59,909 nucleotides of DNA from Polyangia bacterium (GTDB lineage: Bacteria; Myxococcota_A; Polyangia; JAAYKL01), in the NCBI GenBank assembly GCA_050304755.1, contig JBNLED010000067.1, positions 1 to 59,909 of the forward strand, in the 5' to 3' direction. This document shows, in pieces, positions 18,692-26,792 of this stretch. The notes under the pieces are model-generated. The model did no database searches. It saw only the letters and a program-made list of their open reading frames with translations, and had not been told where the DNA came from. The translations under genes were made by a program, and so were the position numbers. Numbering within the stretch: the first letter of the stretch is position 1; every line of letters begins with the position of its first letter.

Positions 18692-19144
18692 TCAGGGGGT
18701 TTCAGCGGGGCTCAATACACCGAAGATGATCGACGGAAAGGTCCGATTCAGGGTCTTGCTCTCGAAGTCCTTCATCACGAGGGACTGGATGATCTCCACC
18801 GGCTCCCCCTCCTCGAGGGAGGTCTTCGGAACCGCCGCCCACACCTCCGCTCCGGCCTCGTTCCGGAGGCGGATATAGGTGTATCGGGTGACGTCAATGG
18901 TCTCGAGCGCCTCGCCCTTGATGCGCACCGCCGGCTCGGTCCCCGCGTTGTCCGGGGGCATCATGCCCGGCCTGTCGTGAACCGGCGGCATGGCGGGGGG
19001 GGTGGCGGCCGGCGGCGTCTGCGGGGACTGCGCGACCGGTCCCGTGGCCCTCCCGAGGTGTTCGACGGATGGCGCCAGCGTCTCCTCGCCTTTACAGGCA
19101 TGGGTCATGGCGACGAGGCACAGTATCAACATTGTTCGCGGCAT
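18692..19144 (-). CDS. Small secreted protein with a Pro/Met-rich segment; function unknown (possibly metal-binding).
   Basis: The likely start MPRTMLILCLVAMTHAC is a signal peptide (ATG at 19144; the track ORF extends to 19168). The PPAATPPAMPPVHDRPGMMPP region is Met/His/Pro-rich. The C-terminal ~90 aa are beta-rich. Confidence 0.5.
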   Translation of the reverse strand: MPRTMLILCLVAMTHACKGEETLAPSVEHLGRATGPVAQSPQTPPAATPPAMPPVHDRPGMMPPDNAGTEPAVRIKGEALETIDVTRYTYIRLRNEAGAEVWAAVPKTSLEEGEPVEIIQSLVMKDFESKTLNRTFPSIIFGVLSPAETP

Positions 19145-19311
19145 TGGTGACTCCTCATCAGGGGACATTCTACTCTGGTATACGGTGGCGCCCCGCGGAT
19201 TTCCAACTCCATTTTCAATGAACTGTCAAGGCGTGGGCGCAATGGGTTGCTAAATCCGGTAAATCGTTGCATTCTGCCTGGCGTATCGAGAGCGAACGAG
19301 GCGTAGTCAAC

Positions 19312-20373
19312 GTGAAAATCACCGCCAATATGGTCACCGTCACCCGAATCGTCCTCATGCCGATCCCGGGATATCTGCTTTACGGGGGGGCGAGTGAGCT
19401 GTTCGCGGCGCTCCTGCTCATCATCGTCCTGGGGCTCACCGATTGGATCGACGGCATCATGGCCCGGCGGGAGGGGCCGTCCGTCCTCGGGGGGCTCCTG
19501 GATCCCATCGCGGACAAGATCTTCATCGCGGTCATCTACCTGCCCCTGACGGATCGGGGGGCCATCCCCCTCCTCTTCACCGCGTGCATCTTCTCACGGG
19601 ATTTCATCGTCACCGCCCTCCGCACCAGCCTCAGCCTTCGGGACGCCCCCATGCGCACCTCGAAGCTCGCCAAGTTCAAGACGGCGATACAGATGGTGGG
19701 GATCGGCTATGTCATCCTCTACCTGGCCTACGAGCAGACCCCGGACGCCTTTATGGTGTGGTTCTTCATCGTGGGGCCCATCGCCTTCCCCCTGGGGCTC
19801 ATCCTGTACCGGCTCTTCAAGGGGCAGCCGCAGGGCCTGCGGAGCTTCACGATGATGCTGCTGATGATCTTCGCCGTCGGCCTGAAGATCTTCCTGGGCA
19901 TCCACCTCGCTATCATGGTCACCCTCTTTATCATCACCGCTATGACCGTCATCAGCGGATTCTCCTACCTCGTGGACGCGTGGAGCGCCTTCAAGGGGGA
20001 GCCCAAGGCGCGGGAGACGGTTCAGTTCATCGTCGACGGGGTGCTGCTGCCGGTCCTGTTCGTGCTCCTCCTCCCGGCGTACGACGGGGGCCTCATGAGC
20101 GCGGCCGTCATCCTCATCGTCACCCTGGAGCTGACCGTCGGGGGGCTCGGGAACCTCCTGGCGAGCGAGAAGACGCCCCGGACCTTCGGCGCGAGCTCCG
20201 CGAAGTCCCTGGGACAGACCGCGCTGGCGGCCGCCGCGCTGATCTTCGCTCATCTCGGGGGCGCCCTCGTGCTGCCGGGAAAACTCTGCATCGGCCTCGC
20301 GCTCGTCATCTCCACCATTTACTGCGGGGTATCGTTCTGGCGTCACCGGAAGGTGTATCTGTCGGCGATATAG
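19312..20373 (+). CDS. CDP-alcohol phosphatidyltransferase family protein (PgsA-like) with an extra C-terminal multi-TM extension.
   Basis: The diagnostic motif D-x2-D-G-x2-AR...G-x3-D-x3-D is present as DWIDGIMARREGPSVLGGLLDPIADKI. The protein is hydrophobic throughout. The start is ambiguous between a GTG at 19312 and an ATG at 19330; the track ORF begins at 19267. Confidence 0.75.
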   Translation: MKITANMVTVTRIVLMPIPGYLLYGGASELFAALLLIIVLGLTDWIDGIMARREGPSVLGGLLDPIADKIFIAVIYLPLTDRGAIPLLFTACIFSRDFIVTALRTSLSLRDAPMRTSKLAKFKTAIQMVGIGYVILYLAYEQTPDAFMVWFFIVGPIAFPLGLILYRLFKGQPQGLRSFTMMLLMIFAVGLKIFLGIHLAIMVTLFIITAMTVISGFSYLVDAWSAFKGEPKARETVQFIVDGVLLPVLFVLLLPAYDGGLMSAAVILIVTLELTVGGLGNLLASEKTPRTFGASSAKSLGQTALAAAALIFAHLGGALVLPGKLCIGLALVISTIYCGVSFWRHRKVYLSAI

Positions 20374-20598
20374 CTTCCCGGTTCCATTGCCCGGCGGAGC
20401 CTGTGTTTTTCGCCGTGGAGGCCGTTTTTTTTCTTGATACCCGCTCTTTAAAATGTAAATACAACGGTTCATTGGAGGCGGCGGTAACGGTTTCCGGTGA
20501 GTCATATACAGAAGTCACAACGACTTGATACAATTGATGAACCCGCTGCCTCGAGTTAACGACACCACCACTGGAAACGAGCTTTTGTAGGAGGAGAG

Positions 20599-21147
20599 AT
20601 GGTCGAGCTTCGATTTCACGGCCGTGGAGGTCAGGGGTCCGTTACATCGGCGGAGCTGTTGGCCCTGGCGGCCATCGCTCAAGGTAAGTACGCCCAGTCA
20701 TTTCCGAAATTCGGTCCGGAACGCCGCGGGGCGCCTGTGATCGCATACGCTCGGATCAGTGACAAACAAATTCGCGATCGAACGGAGGTTCAGAATCCCG
20801 ACGTGGTGATTGTCCTGGATCCCTCCCTGCTCAGCATCGTCGATACATCCAAGGGGATGCCGGAAGACGGAATTCAAATCGTCAACACCACCCACTCGGC
20901 GGAGCACCTCCGGAAGGAGTTCGGGCTCAAGGGAAAGCTCGTCACCCTCAACGCCAACAAGATCGCGTCGGAGGAGATCGGCCGGGTCATCACCAACACC
21001 ACGATGCTCGGGGCGGCCATCCGCGCCACCGGGCTGGTGGATCCGGAGGCTATCGTCGAGCAGCTCAAGGTCCGCTTCGGGCGTATCGCCGAGGGAAACA
21101 TCAAGGCATTCAAGCGCGCGCATAGTGAATGCGTATGTGAGGAATAG
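20599..21147 (+). CDS. porG: Pyruvate:ferredoxin oxidoreductase gamma subunit.
   Basis: A GGAGGAG SD is present. The N-terminus FHGRGGQGSVTSAELLALAAIAQGKYAQSFPKFGPERRGAPV is the characteristic PorG start. It is followed by delta, alpha and beta subunits in the canonical order. Confidence 0.85.
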   Translation: MVELRFHGRGGQGSVTSAELLALAAIAQGKYAQSFPKFGPERRGAPVIAYARISDKQIRDRTEVQNPDVVIVLDPSLLSIVDTSKGMPEDGIQIVNTTHSAEHLRKEFGLKGKLVTLNANKIASEEIGRVITNTTMLGAAIRATGLVDPEAIVEQLKVRFGRIAEGNIKAFKRAHSECVCEE

Positions 21148-21158
21148 AGGAGGTTCAC

Positions 21159-21452
21159 GTGTCCAGGCAATCTGCCAATCCTAAATGGAGAGAGTTGGCC
21201 CTCGGCATGGCGATCATCGAGCCCGGTTCGTCCCGTTACAATCGAACCGGGGACTGGCGATCGAGCCGGCCGGTATGGGAATTCGAGAAGTGTGTCAAGT
21301 GCGGCGTGTGCGCGGTTTTCTGCCCTGAAGGGTGCATCGAGATGCAGAAGGACGGGCTCCCCCTCGCGGACATGGAGTACTGCAAGGGATGCGGCATCTG
21401 CATCCTGGAGTGCTGGACGGGCTGCATCGAGCTTAAAGAGGAGAAAGATTAA
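21159..21452 (+). CDS. porD: Pyruvate:ferredoxin oxidoreductase delta subunit (two [4Fe-4S] ferredoxin motifs).
   Basis: Two cluster motifs are present: CVKCGVCAVFCP and CKGCGICILECW. It is 97 aa and sits between porG and porA. Confidence 0.85.
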   Translation: MSRQSANPKWRELALGMAIIEPGSSRYNRTGDWRSSRPVWEFEKCVKCGVCAVFCPEGCIEMQKDGLPLADMEYCKGCGICILECWTGCIELKEEKD

Positions 21453-22645
21453 TGGGCGAACGAAAGGGAATGGAAGTCTCAATCGGGATCGCCGAGTCGG
21501 CGGCCGCCTGCGATTGCGACGTGATCGCCGCGTACCCGATTACCCCGCAGACCCACGTGGTTGAGCATTTATCCGAAATCGTCGCGGACGGCGAGCTGGA
21601 CGCGGAGTTCATCCCGGTGGAGTCCGAGCACGCCGCCATGAGCGCCTGCATCGGATCCGCCGCCGCCGGCGCGCGGACCTTCACCGCCACCGCCAGCCAG
21701 GGCCTGGCCCTGATGCACGAGGTGCTGTTCATCGCCTCGTCGCTCCGGCTGCCCATGGTAATGGTGGTCGCCAACCGGGCGCTCTCCGCGCCCATCAATA
21801 TCTGGAACGACCACTCGGACGTCATGACCGAGCGTGATGTCGGCTGGATCCAGGTCTTCGCCGAGAACGGCCAGGAGGCCGTGGATCTGGTGGTCCAGGC
21901 TCACAAAATGAGCGAGGACAAGCGCGTGCTGCTGCCCGTGATGGTCCACTTCGACGGGTTCATCCTGAGCCATATGGTGGAGCCCATCGAGGTGATGACC
22001 AAGGACGAGGTCAAGCAGTACCTCCCGGACTACGAGCCCCAACAGCGGCTCGACATCGACAACCCCATGTCCCTCGGCCCCGTCGGGATGCCCGAGGTGT
22101 ACACCGAGGCCAAGATGGCGGGGGAAGAGGCGCTCCGGAGCGCCTACGGCCCTATCGTCGAGGCCTTCGACGGATTCGGGAAGCAGTTCGGACGCAAGTA
22201 TCGCCCGGTGGAGACCTACCGGGCGGAGGACGCCGACGTGCTCTTCGTGAGCATGGGCGGCGTCTCCGAGACGGCCATGAGCTGGATCGACAGGGAGCGG
22301 GAGAAGGGAGAGAAGGTCGGCATCGTCCGGTTCAGGCTTTGGCGGCCGCTCCCCGCGGACGATTTCCTGGCGGCGGTCAAGAACGCCAAGTCCCTGGTCG
22401 TCATCGACCGTCACTTCTCCCCCGGCGGGCCCGGCGGCCCGGTGGCCCAGGAGATTAAGTACCTCTTGTACAACCAGGACAAGCGGTTGCCTCTGGTGGA
22501 GGTGGTCGCCGGTCTCGGCGGGCGGGACGTCACCTTCGCGGACTTCGATGACATGTACGCGCGTGGAAAGTCCGCCGCCGGCGGCGGCAAGGTCGGACCG
22601 TTCGAGCTGATTCAGGCGAGAGGAGGGCATTATGGAGAAGTTTAA
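21452..22645 (+). CDS. porA: Pyruvate:ferredoxin oxidoreductase alpha subunit.
   Basis: A 397-aa POR/KOR alpha-type protein (IAESAAACDCDVIAAYPITPQT...). Its start overlaps the porD stop (ATGA-type coupling). Confidence 0.9.
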   Translation: MGERKGMEVSIGIAESAAACDCDVIAAYPITPQTHVVEHLSEIVADGELDAEFIPVESEHAAMSACIGSAAAGARTFTATASQGLALMHEVLFIASSLRLPMVMVVANRALSAPINIWNDHSDVMTERDVGWIQVFAENGQEAVDLVVQAHKMSEDKRVLLPVMVHFDGFILSHMVEPIEVMTKDEVKQYLPDYEPQQRLDIDNPMSLGPVGMPEVYTEAKMAGEEALRSAYGPIVEAFDGFGKQFGRKYRPVETYRAEDADVLFVSMGGVSETAMSWIDREREKGEKVGIVRFRLWRPLPADDFLAAVKNAKSLVVIDRHFSPGGPGGPVAQEIKYLLYNQDKRLPLVEVVAGLGGRDVTFADFDDMYARGKSAAGGGKVGPFELIQARGGHYGEV

Positions 22646-23582
22646 CGTATACGCGGCCCGTCTTCTGCCCAAGGAAGACTTCGTGGAGTGCGGTCACCGG
22701 GCGTGCCAGGGGTGCGGCGAGGTGCTCGCCATGCGGCTGGTGCACAAGGCCATGGGGCGGAACACCATCGCCTGCTCGGCCACGGGGTGCATGGAGATCA
22801 TCTCCTCCCCCTATCCGGAGACCGCCTGGAACATCCCCTGGATTCACGTGGCCTTCGAGAACTCCGCGGCGGTCTGCTCCGGAGTGGAGGCCGGCTACAA
22901 GGCCCTGATGCGAAAGGGGCGTTACCCGAAGCGCAAAATCAACTTCGTCGCCTACGGCGGTGACGGCGCCTCGGCGGACATCGGCCTGCAGTGGATCTCC
23001 GGCGCCATGGAGCGCGGCCACGACATGACCTACGTCTGCTACGACAACGAGGCGTACATGAACACGGGGATCCAGCGTTCCAGCGCGACCCCCTTCGGCG
23101 CGGCCACCACCACCAGCCCGGCGGGGAAGGTCGTCAAGGGGCAGCAGACCTGGAAGAAGAACATGCCGGAGATCATGGCGGCCCACAACATCCCCTACGT
23201 GGCCACCGTCAACCCGAGCTATCCGTTCGATCTGTTCACCAAGGTTCAGAAGGCCGTCAATACCCCCGGACCGGCCTATATCCATGTCTACGCTTCCTGT
23301 CCCACCGGGTGGCGCATGCGCCCCGAGCTGGCGGTTCAGGTCGGCCGCCTCGCGACAGAAACCGGCGTGTTCCCACTCTACGAAGTGGAAAACGGTAAGT
23401 ACAAGATCAATTACGAGCTGGACGAATTCAGGCCGCTGAGGGACTACCTCAAGGTCCAGGGGCGGTTCCGGCATCTTTCCGATCACGTGATCGATGCCTC
23501 TGAGAAGCGCCTGCGAAAAGAGTACAAGCTGCTCCAGGCCAAGGTTCGCATGACGACGGAGGAGAGCGATGGAGAAGGCTGA
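22632..23582 (+). CDS. porB: Pyruvate:ferredoxin oxidoreductase beta subunit (TPP-binding).
   Basis: The N-terminal Cys cluster is CGHRACQGCGE. The TPP-binding GDG motif reads AYGGDGASADIGLQ. It overlaps the porA end. Confidence 0.9.
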   Translation: MEKFNVYAARLLPKEDFVECGHRACQGCGEVLAMRLVHKAMGRNTIACSATGCMEIISSPYPETAWNIPWIHVAFENSAAVCSGVEAGYKALMRKGRYPKRKINFVAYGGDGASADIGLQWISGAMERGHDMTYVCYDNEAYMNTGIQRSSATPFGAATTTSPAGKVVKGQQTWKKNMPEIMAAHNIPYVATVNPSYPFDLFTKVQKAVNTPGPAYIHVYASCPTGWRMRPELAVQVGRLATETGVFPLYEVENGKYKINYELDEFRPLRDYLKVQGRFRHLSDHVIDASEKRLRKEYKLLQAKVRMTTEESDGEG

Positions 23583-24315
23583 GAAGAAGATGGTAACGTT
23601 CAAGATCAACGGCGTCCCGGTGAAAGCCGAGGCCGGCGACAATGTGCTGAACGTTGCGAGGCGAAACGGATTCGAGATCCCCTCCCTCTGTCACCACGAG
23701 GCGGTCACCCCCTACGGCGCCTGCCGGGTCTGCCTGGTGGAGATTACCAAGGGCGGCCGGAAGAAGATGACGACGTGCTGCAACTACGAGGTGCTCGACG
23801 GCATCGAGGTGGTCACGGACACCGAGGCCATCCGCCGCCACCGCGCCACGGTGCTGGAGCTGATCATGGCGGAGGCCCCCGGGAGCGAACGGGTGCGCCG
23901 GCTCGCCGCCGAATACGGCGTCACCGAGAGCCGCTTCGCCCGCAAAGAGGACTCCGACCGGGAGCGACACGACTGCATCCTCTGCGGCCTCTGCGTCCGC
24001 GTCTGCGAGGATATCGTCGGGGTTCACGCGCTGGCCTTCAACGGTCGCGGCGACAAGAAGGGCGTAGGCGGTCCGTTCCTGGAGGAGCCCAAGGCCTGTA
24101 TCGCCTGCGGCGCCTGCGCGTGGGTCTGCCCCACGGACTGCATCGGCTTCGTTGAAGAGGACGGCATGCGCAAAGTGGTCCGCTGGGGCCGCGCCCTGCC
24201 CCTCGAGAAGGACGAGAACGGTCGTCCCTTCGCCCCCAAGTTCCAGCTCTTCCACTTCACGCAAAAGGCCGGTCTCAAGCCGGATTTCTACAAGAAGGCC
24301 CCGGGCGAGCGGTAA
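23569..24315 (+). CDS. Polyferredoxin resembling the N-terminus of NuoG / HndD / FdhA: [2Fe-2S] domain, His/Cys3 [4Fe-4S], and two classic [4Fe-4S] motifs.
   Basis: The [2Fe-2S] Fer2_4-like start is VTFKINGVPVKAEAGDNVLNVARRNGFEIPSLCHHEAVTPYGACRVCLVEI. Two further cluster motifs follow: CILCGLCVRVCE and CIACGACAWVCP. The gene overlaps the porB stop by 14 nt and is therefore co-transcribed. Confidence 0.7.
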   Translation: MEKAEKKMVTFKINGVPVKAEAGDNVLNVARRNGFEIPSLCHHEAVTPYGACRVCLVEITKGGRKKMTTCCNYEVLDGIEVVTDTEAIRRHRATVLELIMAEAPGSERVRRLAAEYGVTESRFARKEDSDRERHDCILCGLCVRVCEDIVGVHALAFNGRGDKKGVGGPFLEEPKACIACGACAWVCPTDCIGFVEEDGMRKVVRWGRALPLEKDENGRPFAPKFQLFHFTQKAGLKPDFYKKAPGER

Positions 24316-24367
24316 AGATCGCGCTACGCGCCGACCCTTTCTCTATCTATAGTTTCCGCCGTTGCGT

Positions 24368-25597
24368 TCAACCGGCTTTGGTACGCTCCGAGTCGAGGGT
24401 CTTGCCGGCGCCCCGGCAGTCGGAGCAGTGGGTGGGCTTGGCCCAGGCCCCCAGGGAGACCATCAGCTGGTGCTCCTTGGGCCACACGATGGGGGCCTGG
24501 CAGGCCCCGCATTCGAGGGTGATGGTCTTGGCCTCCTGGAGGAACTGCTTGCACTGCTTGCACGAACGGCGGGGGGGGCTCGTGTGTCCCCGCCGTATCG
24601 CCGAGAGATGGTTTTCCCGGTTCCAGATCCAGGTGTTGTCACAGCCGTCATTCTGGCAGGGGACGCTCTTGTCCTCCATGGTGCCGATCTCCTCGGCGCA
24701 CGCGTTGCAGAGCCGACGGGGGGGATCGGTGTTCCCCTTGACGGCGGCCTCCAGCTGCATCCCCCGGGACCATGTCCAGGTGTTCTCGCAGCCGGTCACC
24801 CGACACCGCACCGGCCGGTCGGTGAGGCGCTTGAAGCGTCGGAAGCACTCGTCGCACATCCTACCCCCGGGCTCGCCGTTGCCGAAGCGCTTGGCCTCCG
24901 CCTGCATGAAACGGGTCCAGACCCAGGTGTTCTCGCACCCCTTGACGCGACACACCTGCTCTTTGTCTTCCGCGTCCCCCATGGCGTCCAGGCAGTCGAC
25001 GCACATCCGCTTCGGCGGCTCGGTCATCCCCCGGGCGGCGGCCTCCAGCTGCATTCCCTTGGTCCACGTCCAGGTGCCCTCGCACTCCCGGACGCGGCAC
25101 GGTACCTGAATCTCCTTCAGCTTGCGGAACTTCTGATAGCACCCTTCGCACATCCGGGCCGGGGGCGCGGAGGTCCCCTCCCCGCCGTCCGCGGCCATCC
25201 GCTCCATGGCGGACCAGGTCCACTTGTTGTCACAGCCCCTCACCCGGCAGGTCACCTCGACGCTCTCCACCGCCTGGGACTTGCCTTTACATGCCTGACA
25301 TATCCGATCCCGGGGGGGCTCCGTGCGTCCCCGCTTGAGCGCCGCGAGCCGGGCCGCCTTGGTCCAGGTCCAGGTGTTTTCGCAGGAGTCGTTGGCGCAG
25401 GGAACCTCCCGGTCCTCGAGCTCGTTGTACTTCGCGTAGCACTCGGGGCACATCCGGGCCGGCGGGTCGGTTTTGCCCTCCCGCATCCAGCGCAGCTGAT
25501 CGACCCCCTCCCATATCCATGTCTTCTCGCACCCGCGCGTACGGCAGGGCATCACCTTGTCCTTCATCCCGCTGAACAACGATGCTTTCAGAGTCAC
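24368..25597 (-). CDS. Cytoplasmic protein built from about 8 tandem 45-48-aa Cys4 repeats (zinc-ribbon-like); family not recognised.
   Basis: Each repeat reads V-(P/T)-C-x3-(G/D/E)-C-(E/D)-N-(T/K)-W-(T/I/V)-W-(T/S)-x15-20-PP-x-R-(M/I/L)-C-x2-C, for example VPCRVRECEGTWTWTKGMQLEAAARGMTEPPKRMCVDC. There is no signal peptide and no TM segment. It lies convergent to the por operon. Confidence 0.7.
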   Translation of the reverse strand: MTLKASLFSGMKDKVMPCRTRGCEKTWIWEGVDQLRWMREGKTDPPARMCPECYAKYNELEDREVPCANDSCENTWTWTKAARLAALKRGRTEPPRDRICQACKGKSQAVESVEVTCRVRGCDNKWTWSAMERMAADGGEGTSAPPARMCEGCYQKFRKLKEIQVPCRVRECEGTWTWTKGMQLEAAARGMTEPPKRMCVDCLDAMGDAEDKEQVCRVKGCENTWVWTRFMQAEAKRFGNGEPGGRMCDECFRRFKRLTDRPVRCRVTGCENTWTWSRGMQLEAAVKGNTDPPRRLCNACAEEIGTMEDKSVPCQNDGCDNTWIWNRENHLSAIRRGHTSPPRRSCKQCKQFLQEAKTITLECGACQAPIVWPKEHQLMVSLGAWAKPTHCSDCRGAGKTLDSERTKAG

Positions 25598-25699
25598 GTC
25601 ACACTCCTTTGTCCCATGACGGTGGTCTCGATAAGAGCGCGTGCGCCCATCCGCCGACTGGAGTTCTATCGTGAAAGCCCCATCACAGCAAGGGGGAGC

Positions 25700-26104
25700 T
25701 CAGCGAACCAGCCCCAGGGTGCGCATGATGGTGGGGAGAAGCCAGCCGTAACCGAGCCCCCAGAGCAGGTTGAGGGTGACGGACTCGGCCGCCCCCCCCT
25801 TGACGACCTGCGTGCGGACGATGACCGCGCCGATGCTGAAGAGCGCGGTGAGGCCGACGGCGGTCCAGAACAGGATCCGGTCGGCGCTCGCCCACCACCC
25901 GGTGGCGAGATAGAACCCCGTCGTCACCACCACGCCGAACAGCAACGCCGCCATGGTGAATGCGAAGGAGAAGAGCCGCCGGTTCGGGACAGGCCCGGCG
26001 GCGCCGTCCTCCCCGACCGCGAGCTGATCGTAGCGGAGCCATACAATCAGAAAGGTCATGCCCGTGACCCCCAGGACGATGAGCATCGGAAATACCAGTT
26101 TCAT
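25700..26104 (-). CDS. Small integral membrane protein (134 aa, about 4 TM) translationally coupled to the upstream TetR gene.
   Basis: Only the C-terminal part of the 348-aa track ORF is credible: MKLVFPMLIVLGVTGMTFLIVWL.... Its ATG at 26104-26102 overlaps the TetR TGA at 26103-26101 (ATGA). The rest of the track ORF overlaps tetR in another frame. Confidence 0.5.
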   Translation of the reverse strand: MKLVFPMLIVLGVTGMTFLIVWLRYDQLAVGEDGAAGPVPNRRLFSFAFTMAALLFGVVVTTGFYLATGWWASADRILFWTAVGLTALFSIGAVIVRTQVVKGGAAESVTLNLLWGLGYGWLLPTIMRTLGLVR

Positions 26105-26673
26105 GGTTGTTCTCCTTTTGAAACGGGGATGGATTTCCCCGGATGTTTCATTCTGTGGAGGCGAAAGAACTCGTGGAAGAGCGCGCTCAGTACCTCCATT
26201 GAAAACGGCGGGTGCACGGCCAGGCTCCCGATGATGATGCAGTAGAACGTCCGGGCCGCCGTCTCCGCTCGGGGGCCGCTCCGCAGTCGGGAGAAGACCT
26301 CGGTGAGAAAGGCGATCCGCAGCGCGTCGAGTCGCTCCATATGCTCGCGGGCGACGGGGTTCGAGACCGCCCACGCGCGGATGGCGATCTCCGGCAGGGG
26401 GCTCCGCTTCTCGAACTCGCCGAGCAGCCCGAGGAGCACCTTGACGGGGGTGTCGCTCCTCTCGATGGCGTGAATGATCGCCGTGGAATCCGCCTCCCAC
26501 GCCTCGAGCAGCTTCACCTTGAAGTGTTGGATATTCTTGAAGTGGTGGTAGAACGAGCCCTTGGTCACCCCGAGGACCTCTGTCATCCGATCGATGGTGA
26601 TGGCCGAGACCCCCTCGGTGCCGAGAATCTCCAGTCCGGTCGCGATCCATTTTTCCTGAGTCTTGGGGGACAT
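26101..26673 (-). CDS. TetR/AcrR-family transcriptional regulator.
   Basis: The N-terminal helix-turn-helix is GLEILGTEGVSAITIDRMTEVLGVTKGSFYHHFKN. Length is 190 aa. Confidence 0.85.
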   Translation of the reverse strand: MSPKTQEKWIATGLEILGTEGVSAITIDRMTEVLGVTKGSFYHHFKNIQHFKVKLLEAWEADSTAIIHAIERSDTPVKVLLGLLGEFEKRSPLPEIAIRAWAVSNPVAREHMERLDALRIAFLTEVFSRLRSGPRAETAARTFYCIIIGSLAVHPPFSMEVLSALFHEFFRLHRMKHPGKSIPVSKGEQP

Positions 26674-26688
26674 GTCGCCTCTCTTTCA

Positions 26689-26741
26689 ATACCATACTAT
26701 ATGGTATGTTATCTGCCGACATACCATACCCCAGGGTATGT
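26689..26741. promoter_or_regulatory. Two operator-like palindromes upstream of tetR, probable autoregulatory site.
   Basis: The first inverted repeat is ATACCATA-cta-TATGGTAT at 26689-26707. The second is ACATACC-N9-GGTATGT at 26719-26741. The half-site ATACCATAC recurs as a direct repeat. They lie 16-68 bp upstream of the tetR ATG at 26673. Confidence 0.4.
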
Positions 26742-26792
26742 TTCAAACGATTTCTATTGGGGTATCTACAATGTGCAGGGCGCGGGATATCG

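Noticed and set aside
25700-26746. The 348-aa track ORF on the minus strand.
   Set aside because: Its N-terminal 214 aa overlap the TetR gene in another frame and are low-complexity R/G/P-rich. Only the C-terminal 134-aa membrane protein starting at the ATG overlapping the TetR stop is credible.
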